Assembly (NCBI GenBank): GCA_044222395.1
Contig: JBGANK010000003.1
Coordinates: forward strand, 54,525-118,524
Length of the DNA stretch: 64,000 bases
Source: Hyphomicrobiaceae bacterium
Lineage (GTDB): Bacteria > Pseudomonadota > Alphaproteobacteria > Rhizobiales > Hyphomicrobiaceae
Direction of reading: 5' to 3'
Shown: positions 9,811 to 19,609 of the stretch, piece by piece
Numbering within the stretch: position 1 is the first letter of the stretch
Layout of the letters: each line of letters opens with the position of its first letter
The notes under the pieces: generated by a model
What the model was told of the DNA's origin: nothing
The model's input: only the letters and a program-made list of their open reading frames with translations
Databases searched by the model: none
Program-made: the position numbers and the translations under genes

Positions 9811-10860
9811 ATGTTTCGCACCTTGCGAACGGCAGTCCAGGCCGCTGCGGCGGCGATGCTTGTCTCCGCCTTACTGATGACGGCGGTGCCGGCCGTTGAA
9901 GCCGCCGGTGGCACGCGCGTGGTGGCTGCCAAATCGTGCAGCGGCGTCAACATGCTTGACGAGATGCGGTCGGCGGCGCCGGAAACCTTCGCGGAGATCA
10001 AGGCGGCATCGGAGGCAACTGCGAATTCGGGTGCCGTGCTGTGGAAGGTCGAACGGGAGGGCAAGCCCACCTCGTACCTGCTTGGCACGATCCACATGAC
10101 GGATCCGCGGGTGACCGAGTTCTCAAAGCCGCTCACGGCAGCTCTTGCCGAAACGAAGACGGTCGCGCTGGAGGTGGCCGATGTCTCCGCCGACGCCACC
10201 AACGCGGCGCTCGCCAAGGCGGCACAACTGGTGCTGTTCACCGACGGTGGCTCGCTCGATAGGCTGCTATCGGATGACGAATACAAGAAGGTGAAATCGA
10301 CGCTGGCCGGCGCCGGGTTGCCGAGCGAGATGGCATCGATTTTCCGGCCGTGGGTCGTTTCGATGATCCTGTCGGTTTCCGATTGCGAGAGACAAAAGGT
10401 CAAGCTGGGCCTTCCGGTCCTCGACATGAAGCTCGCCACCTTCGCACGCCAGCGCGGCATGCGTGTCGTTGGCCTGGAGACGATCGAGAGTCAACTGTCG
10501 GCGATGGCGGCGGTGCCGGACGATCAGCAGATCGCCATGCTGCGCGCCAGTCTCAAGCATTCGCATCGCGCCAACGACACGATGGAGACGCTGCTGCAGC
10601 TCTATCTGGCACGCGACATGGGCTCGGCGTGGCCGTTCCATCTGGCGCTGGCGAAGCAGGCGGGAATCGGCCGCGAATCCTTCTCTTCGTTCCAGAAGCG
10701 AATCGTGTCGGAACGGAATGCGCAGATGCGCGACAAGGCGCTGCCGCTGTTGGACAAGGGCCACGCGCTGATCGCCGTCGGCGCGCTACATCTGGTGGGC
10801 GACGACGGACTGGTGACATTGCTGCGCCAAGCCGGCTACACGCTGACGCCAATCGAGTAG
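9811..10860 (+). CDS. TraB/GumN-family protein (secreted)
   Basis: Signal peptide MFRTLRTAVQAAAAAMLVSALLMTAVPAVEA. LLGTIHMTD motif and C-terminal IAVGALHLVGDDGL typical of the family. Confidence 0.8.
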   Translation: MFRTLRTAVQAAAAAMLVSALLMTAVPAVEAAGGTRVVAAKSCSGVNMLDEMRSAAPETFAEIKAASEATANSGAVLWKVEREGKPTSYLLGTIHMTDPRVTEFSKPLTAALAETKTVALEVADVSADATNAALAKAAQLVLFTDGGSLDRLLSDDEYKKVKSTLAGAGLPSEMASIFRPWVVSMILSVSDCERQKVKLGLPVLDMKLATFARQRGMRVVGLETIESQLSAMAAVPDDQQIAMLRASLKHSHRANDTMETLLQLYLARDMGSAWPFHLALAKQAGIGRESFSSFQKRIVSERNAQMRDKALPLLDKGHALIAVGALHLVGDDGLVTLLRQAGYTLTPIE

Positions 10861-10920
10861 AGCAGCAGGCTTGCCGTCGTCTTCTCAATCAATGCTGCAC
10901 GCGACGCGAGAAATAGAAAC

Positions 10921-10939
10921 GGCGGGCATATCGCCCGCC
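10921..10939. terminator. bidirectional intrinsic terminator between convergent TraB/GumN and rplS
   Basis: GGCGGGC-atatc-GCCCGCC hairpin, flanked by an A-rich tract (gaaatagaaac) upstream and a T-containing tract downstream. On the minus strand it is followed by GTTTCTATTTC. Confidence 0.6.
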
Positions 10940-10975
10940 GCAATTGTCTTGTCGATGGCACAACCGTAATGAGCG

Positions 10976-11647
10976 TCAGCCCTTGGCTTCTTCCGAGGCT
11001 GCGGCGTCTTGTTCCGCCTTGGCTTCCTCGGCAGAGGCCGAAGCGATCAAGCGCTGCGCCTGGCCGACCCAATCCTCCTTCTCGATCTTGCCGTCGAGCT
11101 GAAGGGCCTCATCGACATTGGCGATGTCGTCGTCGGAGAAGTTGGCGATCTGCTCCAGCTTGAAGCAGTTGAGCTGCTTCAGGCGCGCCATCAGGTCGGC
11201 GTCGATGCCGTTGATCTGGGTGAGGTCCTCGGCCTCGCCCTTGGGCTTCTTGAAGCCCTTCCAGGCGGCGTTGAGGCGGCGAGCGCGAGCGTCCGTGCGC
11301 TCGGCGATACGGGCAGCCTTGCCGCGGCGGCCACGCAGATAATAGAGTTTGGCGCGGCGGATCTTGCCGCGACGGAGGACCTCGATAGAGGTGATGAAAG
11401 GCGAGTAGATCGGGAAGACGCGCTCGACACCCTCGCCGTAGGAGATCTTGCGGACTGTGAAGCTTTCGTTGAGGCCGGCGCCGGAGCGACCGATACACAC
11501 GCCCTCATAAGCCTGATTACGGGTGTTGTTGCCTTCGATGACCTTGACCATCACCTTCAGCGTGTCGCCGGGGCCGAACTCGGGTACGGCGCGCTTGGCG
11601 GTGATGGCCTTGATCTGCTCGAGCTCGAGCTCCTTGATGATGTCCAT
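10976..11647 (-). CDS. rplS: 50S ribosomal protein L19 with ~95-aa C-terminal helix-hairpin-helix-like extension
   Basis: L19 core MDIIKELE...[67 protein letters not shown] at 11647 is preceded by an AAGGA-containing tract. The extension is described in the findings. Confidence 0.9.
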   Translation of the reverse strand: MDIIKELELEQIKAITAKRAVPEFGPGDTLKVMVKVIEGNNTRNQAYEGVCIGRSGAGLNESFTVRKISYGEGVERVFPIYSPFITSIEVLRRGKIRRAKLYYLRGRRGKAARIAERTDARARRLNAAWKGFKKPKGEAEDLTQINGIDADLMARLKQLNCFKLEQIANFSDDDIANVDEALQLDGKIEKEDWVGQAQRLIASASAEEAKAEQDAAASEEAKG

Positions 11648-11783
11648 GTTCGTTAGTCCTTGATTTTGTTCATCAATGCAGAGGAGCCGCGGGGCTTGCA
11701 CCGGCCAGAATGGGCGGTGGCTGCGGCTCGTGCGACCCGGTTTTCCGGGCATCCCAGCTCAAGGGGAAATTCTTGTTGGGCGG

Positions 11784-11812
11784 GTGATAGCCGAAGTCGC
11801 GGGTTTTGTCGA
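11784..11812 (-). promoter_or_regulatory. candidate sigma70-type promoter for stand-alone rplS
   Basis: Minus strand reads TCGACA-N17-TATCAC about 135 nt upstream of the rplS ATG. Sequence inspection only. Confidence 0.3.
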
Positions 11813-11943
11813 GAAGGGGCGGTTCGCCACATGACACTTGTCCAAGCAGGCTAATCTCGCAATTTCCTGCCGCGGCAGATCGCGCCCCACTCAGGGCCAC
11901 ATTACGCGCCAAGCATGCTGCGGGTATCGAAGGCACGCCCAAC

Positions 11944-12222
11944 ATGATCACGGGTTTCCTGCAGAAGCTGTGGAGCAGGTTTGCTGCTCCCTCTGGTGCC
12001 GGCCCAGCTGACGAGGGTGACGATTGGGGCCTGCAGCTGGCGCGAGCCGCCGCTGCAGACTACGGCAGCCTTGCGGATCAGCTCTTTCTGGCAGGACGGG
12101 TGTTCGAGGATGGCAAGATGATCCGCGTCTATCGGCCGGCTGTCATCGGTGCGTCACTGGTCGTGCGGATCGACGAGCAGAGCCGGAGCGTGGTTGAAGT
12201 CCGCTATTTTCCGGGGCGGTAG
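11944..12222 (+). CDS. hypothetical small protein
   Basis: 92-aa ORF from ATG 11944 with reasonable GC3. No recognisable motif. Confidence 0.4.
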   Translation: MITGFLQKLWSRFAAPSGAGPADEGDDWGLQLARAAAADYGSLADQLFLAGRVFEDGKMIRVYRPAVIGASLVVRIDEQSRSVVEVRYFPGR

Positions 12223-12549
12223 CGGGTAGCAACCATTAAGTGGCGGGCACCCATCGATTGCCGCGCCGGAGCATGGCATTCGCGTATTTGAGGAGCTTCC
12301 TGGCGCAAGCGAGGATCGGAGCTTTGATTGAGCTGCCGATTCACGCCCTCGCTCGATCGGCCTGACGGCCGCGCTCGGACGATCGGAGCGCATGTCCCCA
12401 GCCGCGACCTTCTCCGGCATTGACCGGGGCGCTGCCGGCTCCCAAGTTACTGGCCAAGTTTCGGGCTTCGGCCCGATGTCCAAGGCAACGCGCGAGCCCC
12501 GATGTTCCGGGCTTTTCGGGCGCCTGCCTGCTCCTGCGATGCCAAGTGA

Positions 12550-13524
<975 letters not shown>

Positions 13525-13584
13525 GCGGCTCCATAACGCCATGACGTGCTTGGCTTCGCGAACGGATAGCATATTTCCGTCATC

Positions 13585-13724
13585 ATCCCGGACTTGGTCC
13601 GGGATCCACGCAAGCCGCAGCGCACGCAACGTGAGCGGTGGGGGGTTGCGCGAGCTGCGAGCGCAATCATTCCAACCGGGAGAGAACATCCGGCGACGTG
13701 TCTGGGCCCCGGCCTTCGCCGGGG
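13585..13724. repeat. REP-like intergenic element with two GC-rich hairpins
   Basis: ATCCCGGAC-ttg-GTCCGGGAT (13585-13605) and CCCCGGC-cttc-GCCGGGG (13707-13724). The sequences (...tcatcccggac.., ..gccttcgccggggtgacg..) resemble interspersed repeats common in Bradyrhizobiaceae intergenic DNA (from memory). Confidence 0.5.
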
Positions 13725-14005
13725 TGACGGCGGAGTTTGGAGCACACAATCAATCCGAGTTCCGACTGTGATCCCACAGCTTGTCCGCTGATTCCATCGA
13801 ACAGCGGATGAGATTCGTCGGCGTCGCTGTCGGGGTTGGTTACATGGCTCGACGAGGCATTTTGTAGCGCGCCTGAGACCGGGATAGAGCCACCCTTCAC
13901 CCGTCCTCAACCCCAGCCAAGTACACTCGCAATAGTGTTGTGTCCCTTGTCCAAGGCGTCGCCCGCAAGGTGTGCCGGGATGAGCCATGCGTGAGTGAAG
14001 TGTTC

Positions 14006-14803
14006 ATGTCCGACGTTCGTGCCACTCCGGCGCTCGCCATCCGAAATCTCAGAAAAGCCTTCGAGACGCCGGCTGTCGACGACTTGTCGCTTTCCATTCG
14101 TGCGGGCGAATTCTACGCGCTGCTCGGCCCCAATGGTGCCGGCAAAACGACGACGCTGCGCATGGTCGCCGGACTGCTCAATCCAGACGGCGGCACGATC
14201 GAGATCTGCGGCATCGATGTCGGCAAGGATCCCGTCGCCGCCAAGCGCGTGCTGGCGTGGGTTCCCGACGAGCCGATGATCTACGACAAGCTGACGCCGA
14301 TGGAGTACCTCGCGTTCGTCGCCGGACTGTGGAGCATGAACGGCGCGGTGGCACGTGCCAACGCCGACCAGTTGATCGACGTGCTGGGGTTGTCGGGCAA
14401 GGCGAATGAGCGTTGCGGCGGTTTTTCAAAGGGCATGCGGCAGAAGGTGGCGCTGGCCGGCGCCCTCATTCACGAGCCGAAGCTGATCATTCTCGACGAG
14501 CCGCTGACGGGCCTCGATGCAGGTTCGGCACGGCAGGTGAAGTCGGTGCTGCGCCACCTCGTCTCGCAAGGTGTCACGGTCATCATGACGACGCATATTC
14601 TCGAAGTGGCCGAGCGGATGGCCGACCGGATCGGCGTCATCGCCAGGGGCCGGCTCATCGCCGAAGGGACGCTCGCGGAACTGCGCAGCTCGCGCGGTGC
14701 GCAATCCAGCAGCCTGGAAGAAATCTTCCTGGAGCTGGTGGCCGAGGAAGATGTTGCCAAGGCCGAGGCCGTTCCGGATGTCGCGCAGAGCGCAGCCGCA
14801 TGA
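14006..14803 (+). CDS. ABC transporter ATP-binding protein
   Basis: Walker A GPNGAGKTT, signature FSKGMRQK, Walker B LIILDEP. Confidence 0.92.
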   Translation: MSDVRATPALAIRNLRKAFETPAVDDLSLSIRAGEFYALLGPNGAGKTTTLRMVAGLLNPDGGTIEICGIDVGKDPVAAKRVLAWVPDEPMIYDKLTPMEYLAFVAGLWSMNGAVARANADQLIDVLGLSGKANERCGGFSKGMRQKVALAGALIHEPKLIILDEPLTGLDAGSARQVKSVLRHLVSQGVTVIMTTHILEVAERMADRIGVIARGRLIAEGTLAELRSSRGAQSSSLEEIFLELVAEEDVAKAEAVPDVAQSAAA

Positions 14804-16332
14804 GCACTCAGACTTCGACACTATCCTGGTTCGCGCGTCACGAGGCCCGGCTCGCATGGCGCGACTGGACCATGCTTATGTCGGGCGGACGCAAGCTCAA
14901 GGATCGCGCCATCGTCATCGGCATGGCGATGTTCGCGCTCGGACTGCATGGCATTGCCTACGTGGTGCTGGCGTCGCATCTTCACGGCCAGACGATGGTC
15001 GACAGCGCAATGCTTGCGGCGCTTTCGATCAGCATGTTCCTGACGTTCGCGATGATGTTCTCGCAGGCAATGGAGCAGGTGACGCGAGCCTTCTACGCGC
15101 GCGATGATCTCGACCTGATCCTGTCGTCGCCGGCGCCGGCCAGGCATTTGTTCGCGGTGCGCATCTCGGGCATGGTGCTGACGACGGCGATGATGTCCGG
15201 GCTCATCGTGGCACCGTTCATCAACGTCGCGGCGCTGCTCGATGGCGCGCATTGGCTTGCAGCCTATGTGGCGGTGCTGGCGCTTTCGGCGCTCGCTGCT
15301 GGCGTTTCGGTGATGGCCACGCTGACGCTGTTCCGGCGGATCGGGCCCAAACACACGCGGCTCGTCGCGCAGATCACGGCCGCGGTGCTCGGTGCGGTGT
15401 TCCTGATCGGCATCCAGGCGGTGGCGATTTTGTCATACGGCTCGATGTCGCGATTTGAGTTCCTCAACTCTGCCGCGTTCGTGGCGGCACTGCCGCAGGC
15501 CGACAGCTTTATCTGGCTGCCAGCACGGGCGGCGATGGGAGCGCCTGATGCGCTGGCGCTGCTCACTCTTTTTTGTGCTGTCTTTTTCGTCATCGTGGTA
15601 CGGCGCGGCTCGATCGCGTTCCGCGAGCATGTGGTGGCGGCGATGGGCGTTTCGGAAACGCGGCATCGGCATGTGATGACGCAAGGCACGTTCCGCCCGC
15701 GCTCGACATTCGTTGCGCTGCTTCACAAGGAATGGACACTGCTCGCCCGCGACCCGTGGCTCGTCTCGCAAACGCTGATGCAGATCCTCTATCTGATCCC
15801 GCCTGCACTGCTGCTGTGGGTGAGCTATGGCGCCAAGACCAACGTGCAGACGATCCTGGCGCCGGTACTGGTGATGGCGGCGGGACAGCTTGCCGGCGCG
15901 CTCGCCTGGCTGGCGATTTCTGGCGAGGACGCACCCGACCTTGTCGCAACGGCTCCGGTGAACCCCAGCGCACTCATCTGGGCCAAGGTTGTCTCGGTGC
16001 TGGTTCTGATCTTCGCGGTGGCGCTGCCGTTCGTTGTCGCCATCGCTTTCCTGTCGCTCTTCGGCGCGGCCGTGATCTTGATCGGCGTGATGGCGGGAGC
16101 AGCGTGCGCGATCCTGATCCAGCTGTGGTTCCGCGCGCAGGCCCGGCGCAGCAACTTCCGGCGCAGGCAGGTCGCCTCGCGCGTGTCGACCGTGCTCGAG
16201 GCGTTGGCGTCGATCCTCACAGCGGCGACAGCGGCAATGGCGGCGGCAGGTTCGTGGATGGCGCTCGGACCGGCGGTGCTCGCCGCGACCGTGATGCTGG
16301 TGGCGTGGACGATACGGCCGCGCGAACGGTGA
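14800..16332 (+). CDS. multi-pass membrane protein, putative ABC permease partner
   Basis: ATGA start/stop overlap with the ATPase gene. 510 aa with many hydrophobic segments. The 5' part of the long ORF (14413-14799) lies inside the ATPase gene and is rejected. Confidence 0.75.
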   Translation: MSTQTSTLSWFARHEARLAWRDWTMLMSGGRKLKDRAIVIGMAMFALGLHGIAYVVLASHLHGQTMVDSAMLAALSISMFLTFAMMFSQAMEQVTRAFYARDDLDLILSSPAPARHLFAVRISGMVLTTAMMSGLIVAPFINVAALLDGAHWLAAYVAVLALSALAAGVSVMATLTLFRRIGPKHTRLVAQITAAVLGAVFLIGIQAVAILSYGSMSRFEFLNSAAFVAALPQADSFIWLPARAAMGAPDALALLTLFCAVFFVIVVRRGSIAFREHVVAAMGVSETRHRHVMTQGTFRPRSTFVALLHKEWTLLARDPWLVSQTLMQILYLIPPALLLWVSYGAKTNVQTILAPVLVMAAGQLAGALAWLAISGEDAPDLVATAPVNPSALIWAKVVSVLVLIFAVALPFVVAIAFLSLFGAAVILIGVMAGAACAILIQLWFRAQARRSNFRRRQVASRVSTVLEALASILTAATAAMAAAGSWMALGPAVLAATVMLVAWTIRPRER

Positions 16333-16413
16333 GTGCGGGTCAATGCCAACTGCAACACGTCATATCGGGTCCGCTCTGGGTGGAACCGCAAACATCTTCG
16401 AGCCTTTCGTTCT

Positions 16414-16460
16414 GAGCATGTTTTTCACGCCGAACCGCATACATTTCGGCTGTTCATGCT
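16414..16460. repeat. nested inverted repeat between convergent genes (terminator or REP-like)
   Basis: AGCATG...CATGCT outer arms with CCGAA...TTCGG inner arms. Lies immediately after the stop codons of two convergent genes. Confidence 0.4.
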
Positions 16461-17096
16461 TTAGCGCATGGCGACGGTCTTGTGCTGATCCATCGCCGCC
16501 TTAAGCCCGGCAAACTCGGCAAGCGGGATCTCGCCGTTGTGGTCCTTGCCATCGCGAGTCTTCAAGCGGAACACCCACATCTTTTGCTTCATGTCGGCGG
16601 GCGTCGCCGTCTCGGCGACGCGGGCGAACTCGGCTGCTGGCAATTCGAACCCGACATGCTCGACGCGAATGCAGCTGTGCTCATGCTTCTTCCTGCAGTC
16701 GCTGGTGCGCGTGATGCGCTTGACGGGCGCGCTCGCCAGGGGCGTACCGAAGTTGGCCTGGAACGGCTCGCGCCAGATGTCGCCCTTGTAGGCGAGCACG
16801 ACATAGACCTGATAGGTGCGCTGCCCGGTCTTCTTGTCGAGGAAGGCGCGCAGGAACTGATCCTCGGTGACGATCCCCATCAGCCCGCGCTTCTCGGCAA
16901 AGCCCTTCTCGGTCGAGAACATCGCCTTGGTCTCGAGGGCGTCGTCCTTGATGGTGACGGACTTGGCGAAGTGATCGGCGGGAAGCATGCGGGCCTCGGC
17001 CAGCTGCTGCTCCTTCATCTGGGCAGCGCAACCTGACAGTGGCAGTGCCGCCACCATTGCCAACGCCACCAACGCATTCGACGCGCAACGCCCCAC
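16461..17096 (-). CDS. lipoprotein of unknown function (paralog 1)
   Basis: GTG start. Lipobox LPLSGC. Clearly similar along its length to the next gene. Confidence 0.75.
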   Translation of the reverse strand: MGRCASNALVALAMVAALPLSGCAAQMKEQQLAEARMLPADHFAKSVTIKDDALETKAMFSTEKGFAEKRGLMGIVTEDQFLRAFLDKKTGQRTYQVYVVLAYKGDIWREPFQANFGTPLASAPVKRITRTSDCRKKHEHSCIRVEHVGFELPAAEFARVAETATPADMKQKMWVFRLKTRDGKDHNGEIPLAEFAGLKAAMDQHKTVAMR

Positions 17097-17217
17097 AACA
17101 CCACCCCATGCCCGCTAGCCCCAGAGATAGGGGAGCTGAACGATTAGATGATGTCAGACGAGATGTTGCAAGCAAAACGGACGGGGTGCGGGCTGAATGA
17201 GTGGCGCGCCAGGACCA

Positions 17218-17859
17218 TCAACGCGAGGCAACGGGCTTGTGCGCGTTCATGGCCGACTGCAAGCCGGCGAATTCGTCCAGTGGCAGCTCACCCGCGTAGT
17301 CCTGGCCATCGCGGTTCTTGAGCTTGAACGTCCACTTCGTGGACTGCACTTCCTCCGGCGACGGCTTGGTGACGACCCGGACGAACTCCGACTCCGGCAA
17401 CTCGAATGTCACTTGCTCGATGCGATGGCATCCATAAGGTCTGGTCGCGAGGCAATTGTTCTTGCGCGACACGCGCGAAGTGGGATGCGTCGCCAGCGGT
17501 GTGCCGAAAGTTGCCTGATAAGGATCGCGCCAGCGGTCGCTCTTGTAGGTCATGCTGACGACGACCTGATAGCGGCGCGTGCCGGTCGCCTTGTCGAGAA
17601 ACGCGCGCAAGTATTGACGCTGGGTGTCGGTGCCGTCAGGGCTTCGGCGCTCCTGAGAGACCTTCTCGGTCGAGAAGATGGCGGCCTTGTCCTGCGTATC
17701 GTCCTTGACGGTGACTGCCTTGGCGGATTCGGGCGGCTGCTCGACGACCGAGGTGGCAAAGGATTCCTGCTGCTCCTGCAGGCCGTTGCTGCAGCCGGCG
17801 AGAGCCAACAACAATACGGAAGGCAGCATGGCTCGCCATGCTGTTGTCGCCGCCAACAT
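17218..17859 (-). CDS. lipoprotein of unknown function (paralog 2)
   Basis: Lipobox LALAGC. Shares FSTEK..., YLRAFLDK.TG.R.YQV, FGTPLA, C...C pair and LAEFAGL/LDEFAGL blocks with 16461-17096. Confidence 0.75.
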   Translation of the reverse strand: MLAATTAWRAMLPSVLLLALAGCSNGLQEQQESFATSVVEQPPESAKAVTVKDDTQDKAAIFSTEKVSQERRSPDGTDTQRQYLRAFLDKATGTRRYQVVVSMTYKSDRWRDPYQATFGTPLATHPTSRVSRKNNCLATRPYGCHRIEQVTFELPESEFVRVVTKPSPEEVQSTKWTFKLKNRDGQDYAGELPLDEFAGLQSAMNAHKPVASR

Positions 17860-18178
17860 CCCCGCCTGCCTCGTCTAGAACAGGTTCGATCCTGGCTGAA
17901 ACACTTCAGCCGCCGCGACCTGCTCCAAGCCTCATTTCAAGAGACTGATTCACGCCTTCGCTGGAACCATAAGCGGTTCCATCTCAGGCGATCAGGCTCT
18001 GTGCCACCCGCTGTGACGGGGCGTAGAGTAGGCGCAGGCAACCAGAACACAAGCGCATTTGCGCTTATCGCATGCGGCGAACAGCAGCGCGCCGCAGGAC
18101 CGCAACAATCCTGCGCGTTGGTCTCAAAATGGGGACATGGGTCGAATTTCGATGCGGCGACCAGGAATCGCAGTGGTG

Positions 18179-18910
18179 TCACGCGGCGCTACTCAAGATC
18201 GCCAAGGCTTCCTTGGGATCGATGCGGCCATCGTAGAGAGCGCGGCCGGAGATGGCGCCTTCGAGCATCGCATATTCGCGTTTCGTCAGCGCCTTGATGT
18301 CGTCGATGGAAGCGAGACCGCCCGAGGCGATGACCGGGATCGATACCGCGCGCGCCAGCTCCGCCGTGGCAGGCAGGTTCAAGCCCTTCAACACGCCATC
18401 GCGCTCGATGTCGGTATAGATGATGGCGGCAACACCGACATCCTCAAAGCGGCGCGCCAAGTCAATCGCGGTCAGCTCACTCGTCTCTGCCCATCCCTCG
18501 ACGGCGACCTTGCCGCCCTTGGCATCGATGCCGACGGCAATGCGATCGGGAAACTTCTTGCACGCGTCGCGCACCAGATCGGGATTGCGCACGGCGATGG
18601 TGCCCAGGATGACGCGGCGCACGCCCTTGCCAAGCCACATCTCGATCGTCTCGAGATTGCGGATGCCGCCGCCCAGCTGCGCCGGAATCGTGATGGCCTT
18701 CAGGATCGCATCGACTGCTGCGGCATTGACCGGCTTGCCTTCGAATGCGCCGTTCAAATCGACGATGTGCAGGTACTTGAAACCCTGCGCCTGGAACAAC
18801 CGTGCCTGGGCCGCTGGATCATCGTTGAAGACGGTCGCTTGATCCATCTCGCCCAGCTTCAAGCGGACGCACTGGCCATCCTTGAGATCGATTGCAGGAA
18901 ACAGGATCAA
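18179..18910 (-). CDS. hisA: 1-(5-phosphoribosyl)-5-[(5-phosphoribosylamino)methylideneamino]imidazole-4-carboxamide isomerase
   Basis: [17 protein letters not shown]... and C-terminal SGGLASIDD...GRALYDG HisA signatures. Confidence 0.93.
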   Translation of the reverse strand: MILFPAIDLKDGQCVRLKLGEMDQATVFNDDPAAQARLFQAQGFKYLHIVDLNGAFEGKPVNAAAVDAILKAITIPAQLGGGIRNLETIEMWLGKGVRRVILGTIAVRNPDLVRDACKKFPDRIAVGIDAKGGKVAVEGWAETSELTAIDLARRFEDVGVAAIIYTDIERDGVLKGLNLPATAELARAVSIPVIASGGLASIDDIKALTKREYAMLEGAISGRALYDGRIDPKEALAILSSAA

Positions 18911-19006
18911 ATCACACCCACCAGATCTTGGAGTTGCAGCCCCAACGCGGCGCTATATCTGCCACGCGCGAAGGCGCCTTGAGATTGCTGTCATTGGCAG
19001 CGACAA

Positions 19007-19390
19007 ATGGCATCCGAGCGCCAGCGTCAAGTCTCCGTTGAAGAAGTTTCGATGCACGACCACCGCCAAGACTCCGCACTGCTGCTGCCCGATCAGGCGC
19101 ATGTGGCCCTGACTCAAGATGCACCCGTGAAACTGACCGAGGCGGAGGCGGTCGAGATCTGGATCGCTCGCTGGCTACGGGTACCGCTGAAGGCGCTAGT
19201 GGCGCGCTACGGGTGCCATTCGCGCCGGCTCTACGAGGTGTGGTGGGGCGAGCGGTTCCCCGACAGCCGGGCAAAGGCCGAGGAGGTATTCCGGGGGCGC
19301 TATCCGGGCCTGACCGACCGGACCAGCTACGGCTACCGGCGGATACCCCGGGCGGCGGCGCGCAAGGATCAGATGAGCCTGTTTTCATAA
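19007..19390 (+). CDS. orphan small protein A, putative HTH DNA-binding
   Basis: High GC3. KLTEAEAVEIWIARWLRVPLKALVARYGCHSRRLYEVWWGERFP resembles short phage-type HTH modules. The start could be ATG 19007 or ATG 19052. Confidence 0.6.
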   Translation: MASERQRQVSVEEVSMHDHRQDSALLLPDQAHVALTQDAPVKLTEAEAVEIWIARWLRVPLKALVARYGCHSRRLYEVWWGERFPDSRAKAEEVFRGRYPGLTDRTSYGYRRIPRAAARKDQMSLFS

Positions 19391-19458
19391 CGAATTGTTG
19401 GGGAGTTAGGCTCCCGTGTGGCATTTCCGGGGCGAACGTGAATCGTTTGCCCTGCCCA

Positions 19459-19552
19459 GAACCGAAAAAGAACAAAATTCGAACCGATGCTGGACAAGCC
19501 CGATGATTCGTGGCATGTTCTTCCTATGTTCCAGAGCGGAACTCGACTGTTC
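19459..19552. promoter_or_regulatory. array of GAAC/GTTC tetramers with LexA-box (N7) spacing
   Basis: GAAC-N7-GAAC-N7-GAAC at 19459-19484. GTTC-N7-GTTC-N7-GAAC-N6-GTTC at 19517-19552. Located 58-151 nt upstream of orphan gene B. Confidence 0.55.
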
Positions 19553-19609
19553 TCCGGGAGTTCGTACCGCGTCTCTCTGCCAAGCCCCCCGTTAGACGAG
19601 AGAGCCCCC

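Noticed and set aside
17881-17895. tRNA T-arm-like CAGGTTCGATCCTGG, considered as a tRNA gene or an att-site remnant
   Set aside because: The loop is one nt short of the canonical 7-nt T-loop. No D-arm, anticodon arm or acceptor pairing can be built from the flanks, and the upstream flank is the start of a lipoprotein gene. It is a single 10-mer resemblance only.
17197-18297. 366-aa plus-strand ORF
   Set aside because: Antisense to lipoprotein paralog 2 and to the 3' end of hisA. No motifs and an Arg-rich composition.
19487-19609. Upstream in-frame extension of orphan gene B (start at ATG 19487)
   Set aside because: GC3 in this stretch is clearly lower than in the body of the gene. It contains the GTTC/GAAC repeat array, and a purine-rich tract precedes the ATG at 19610.
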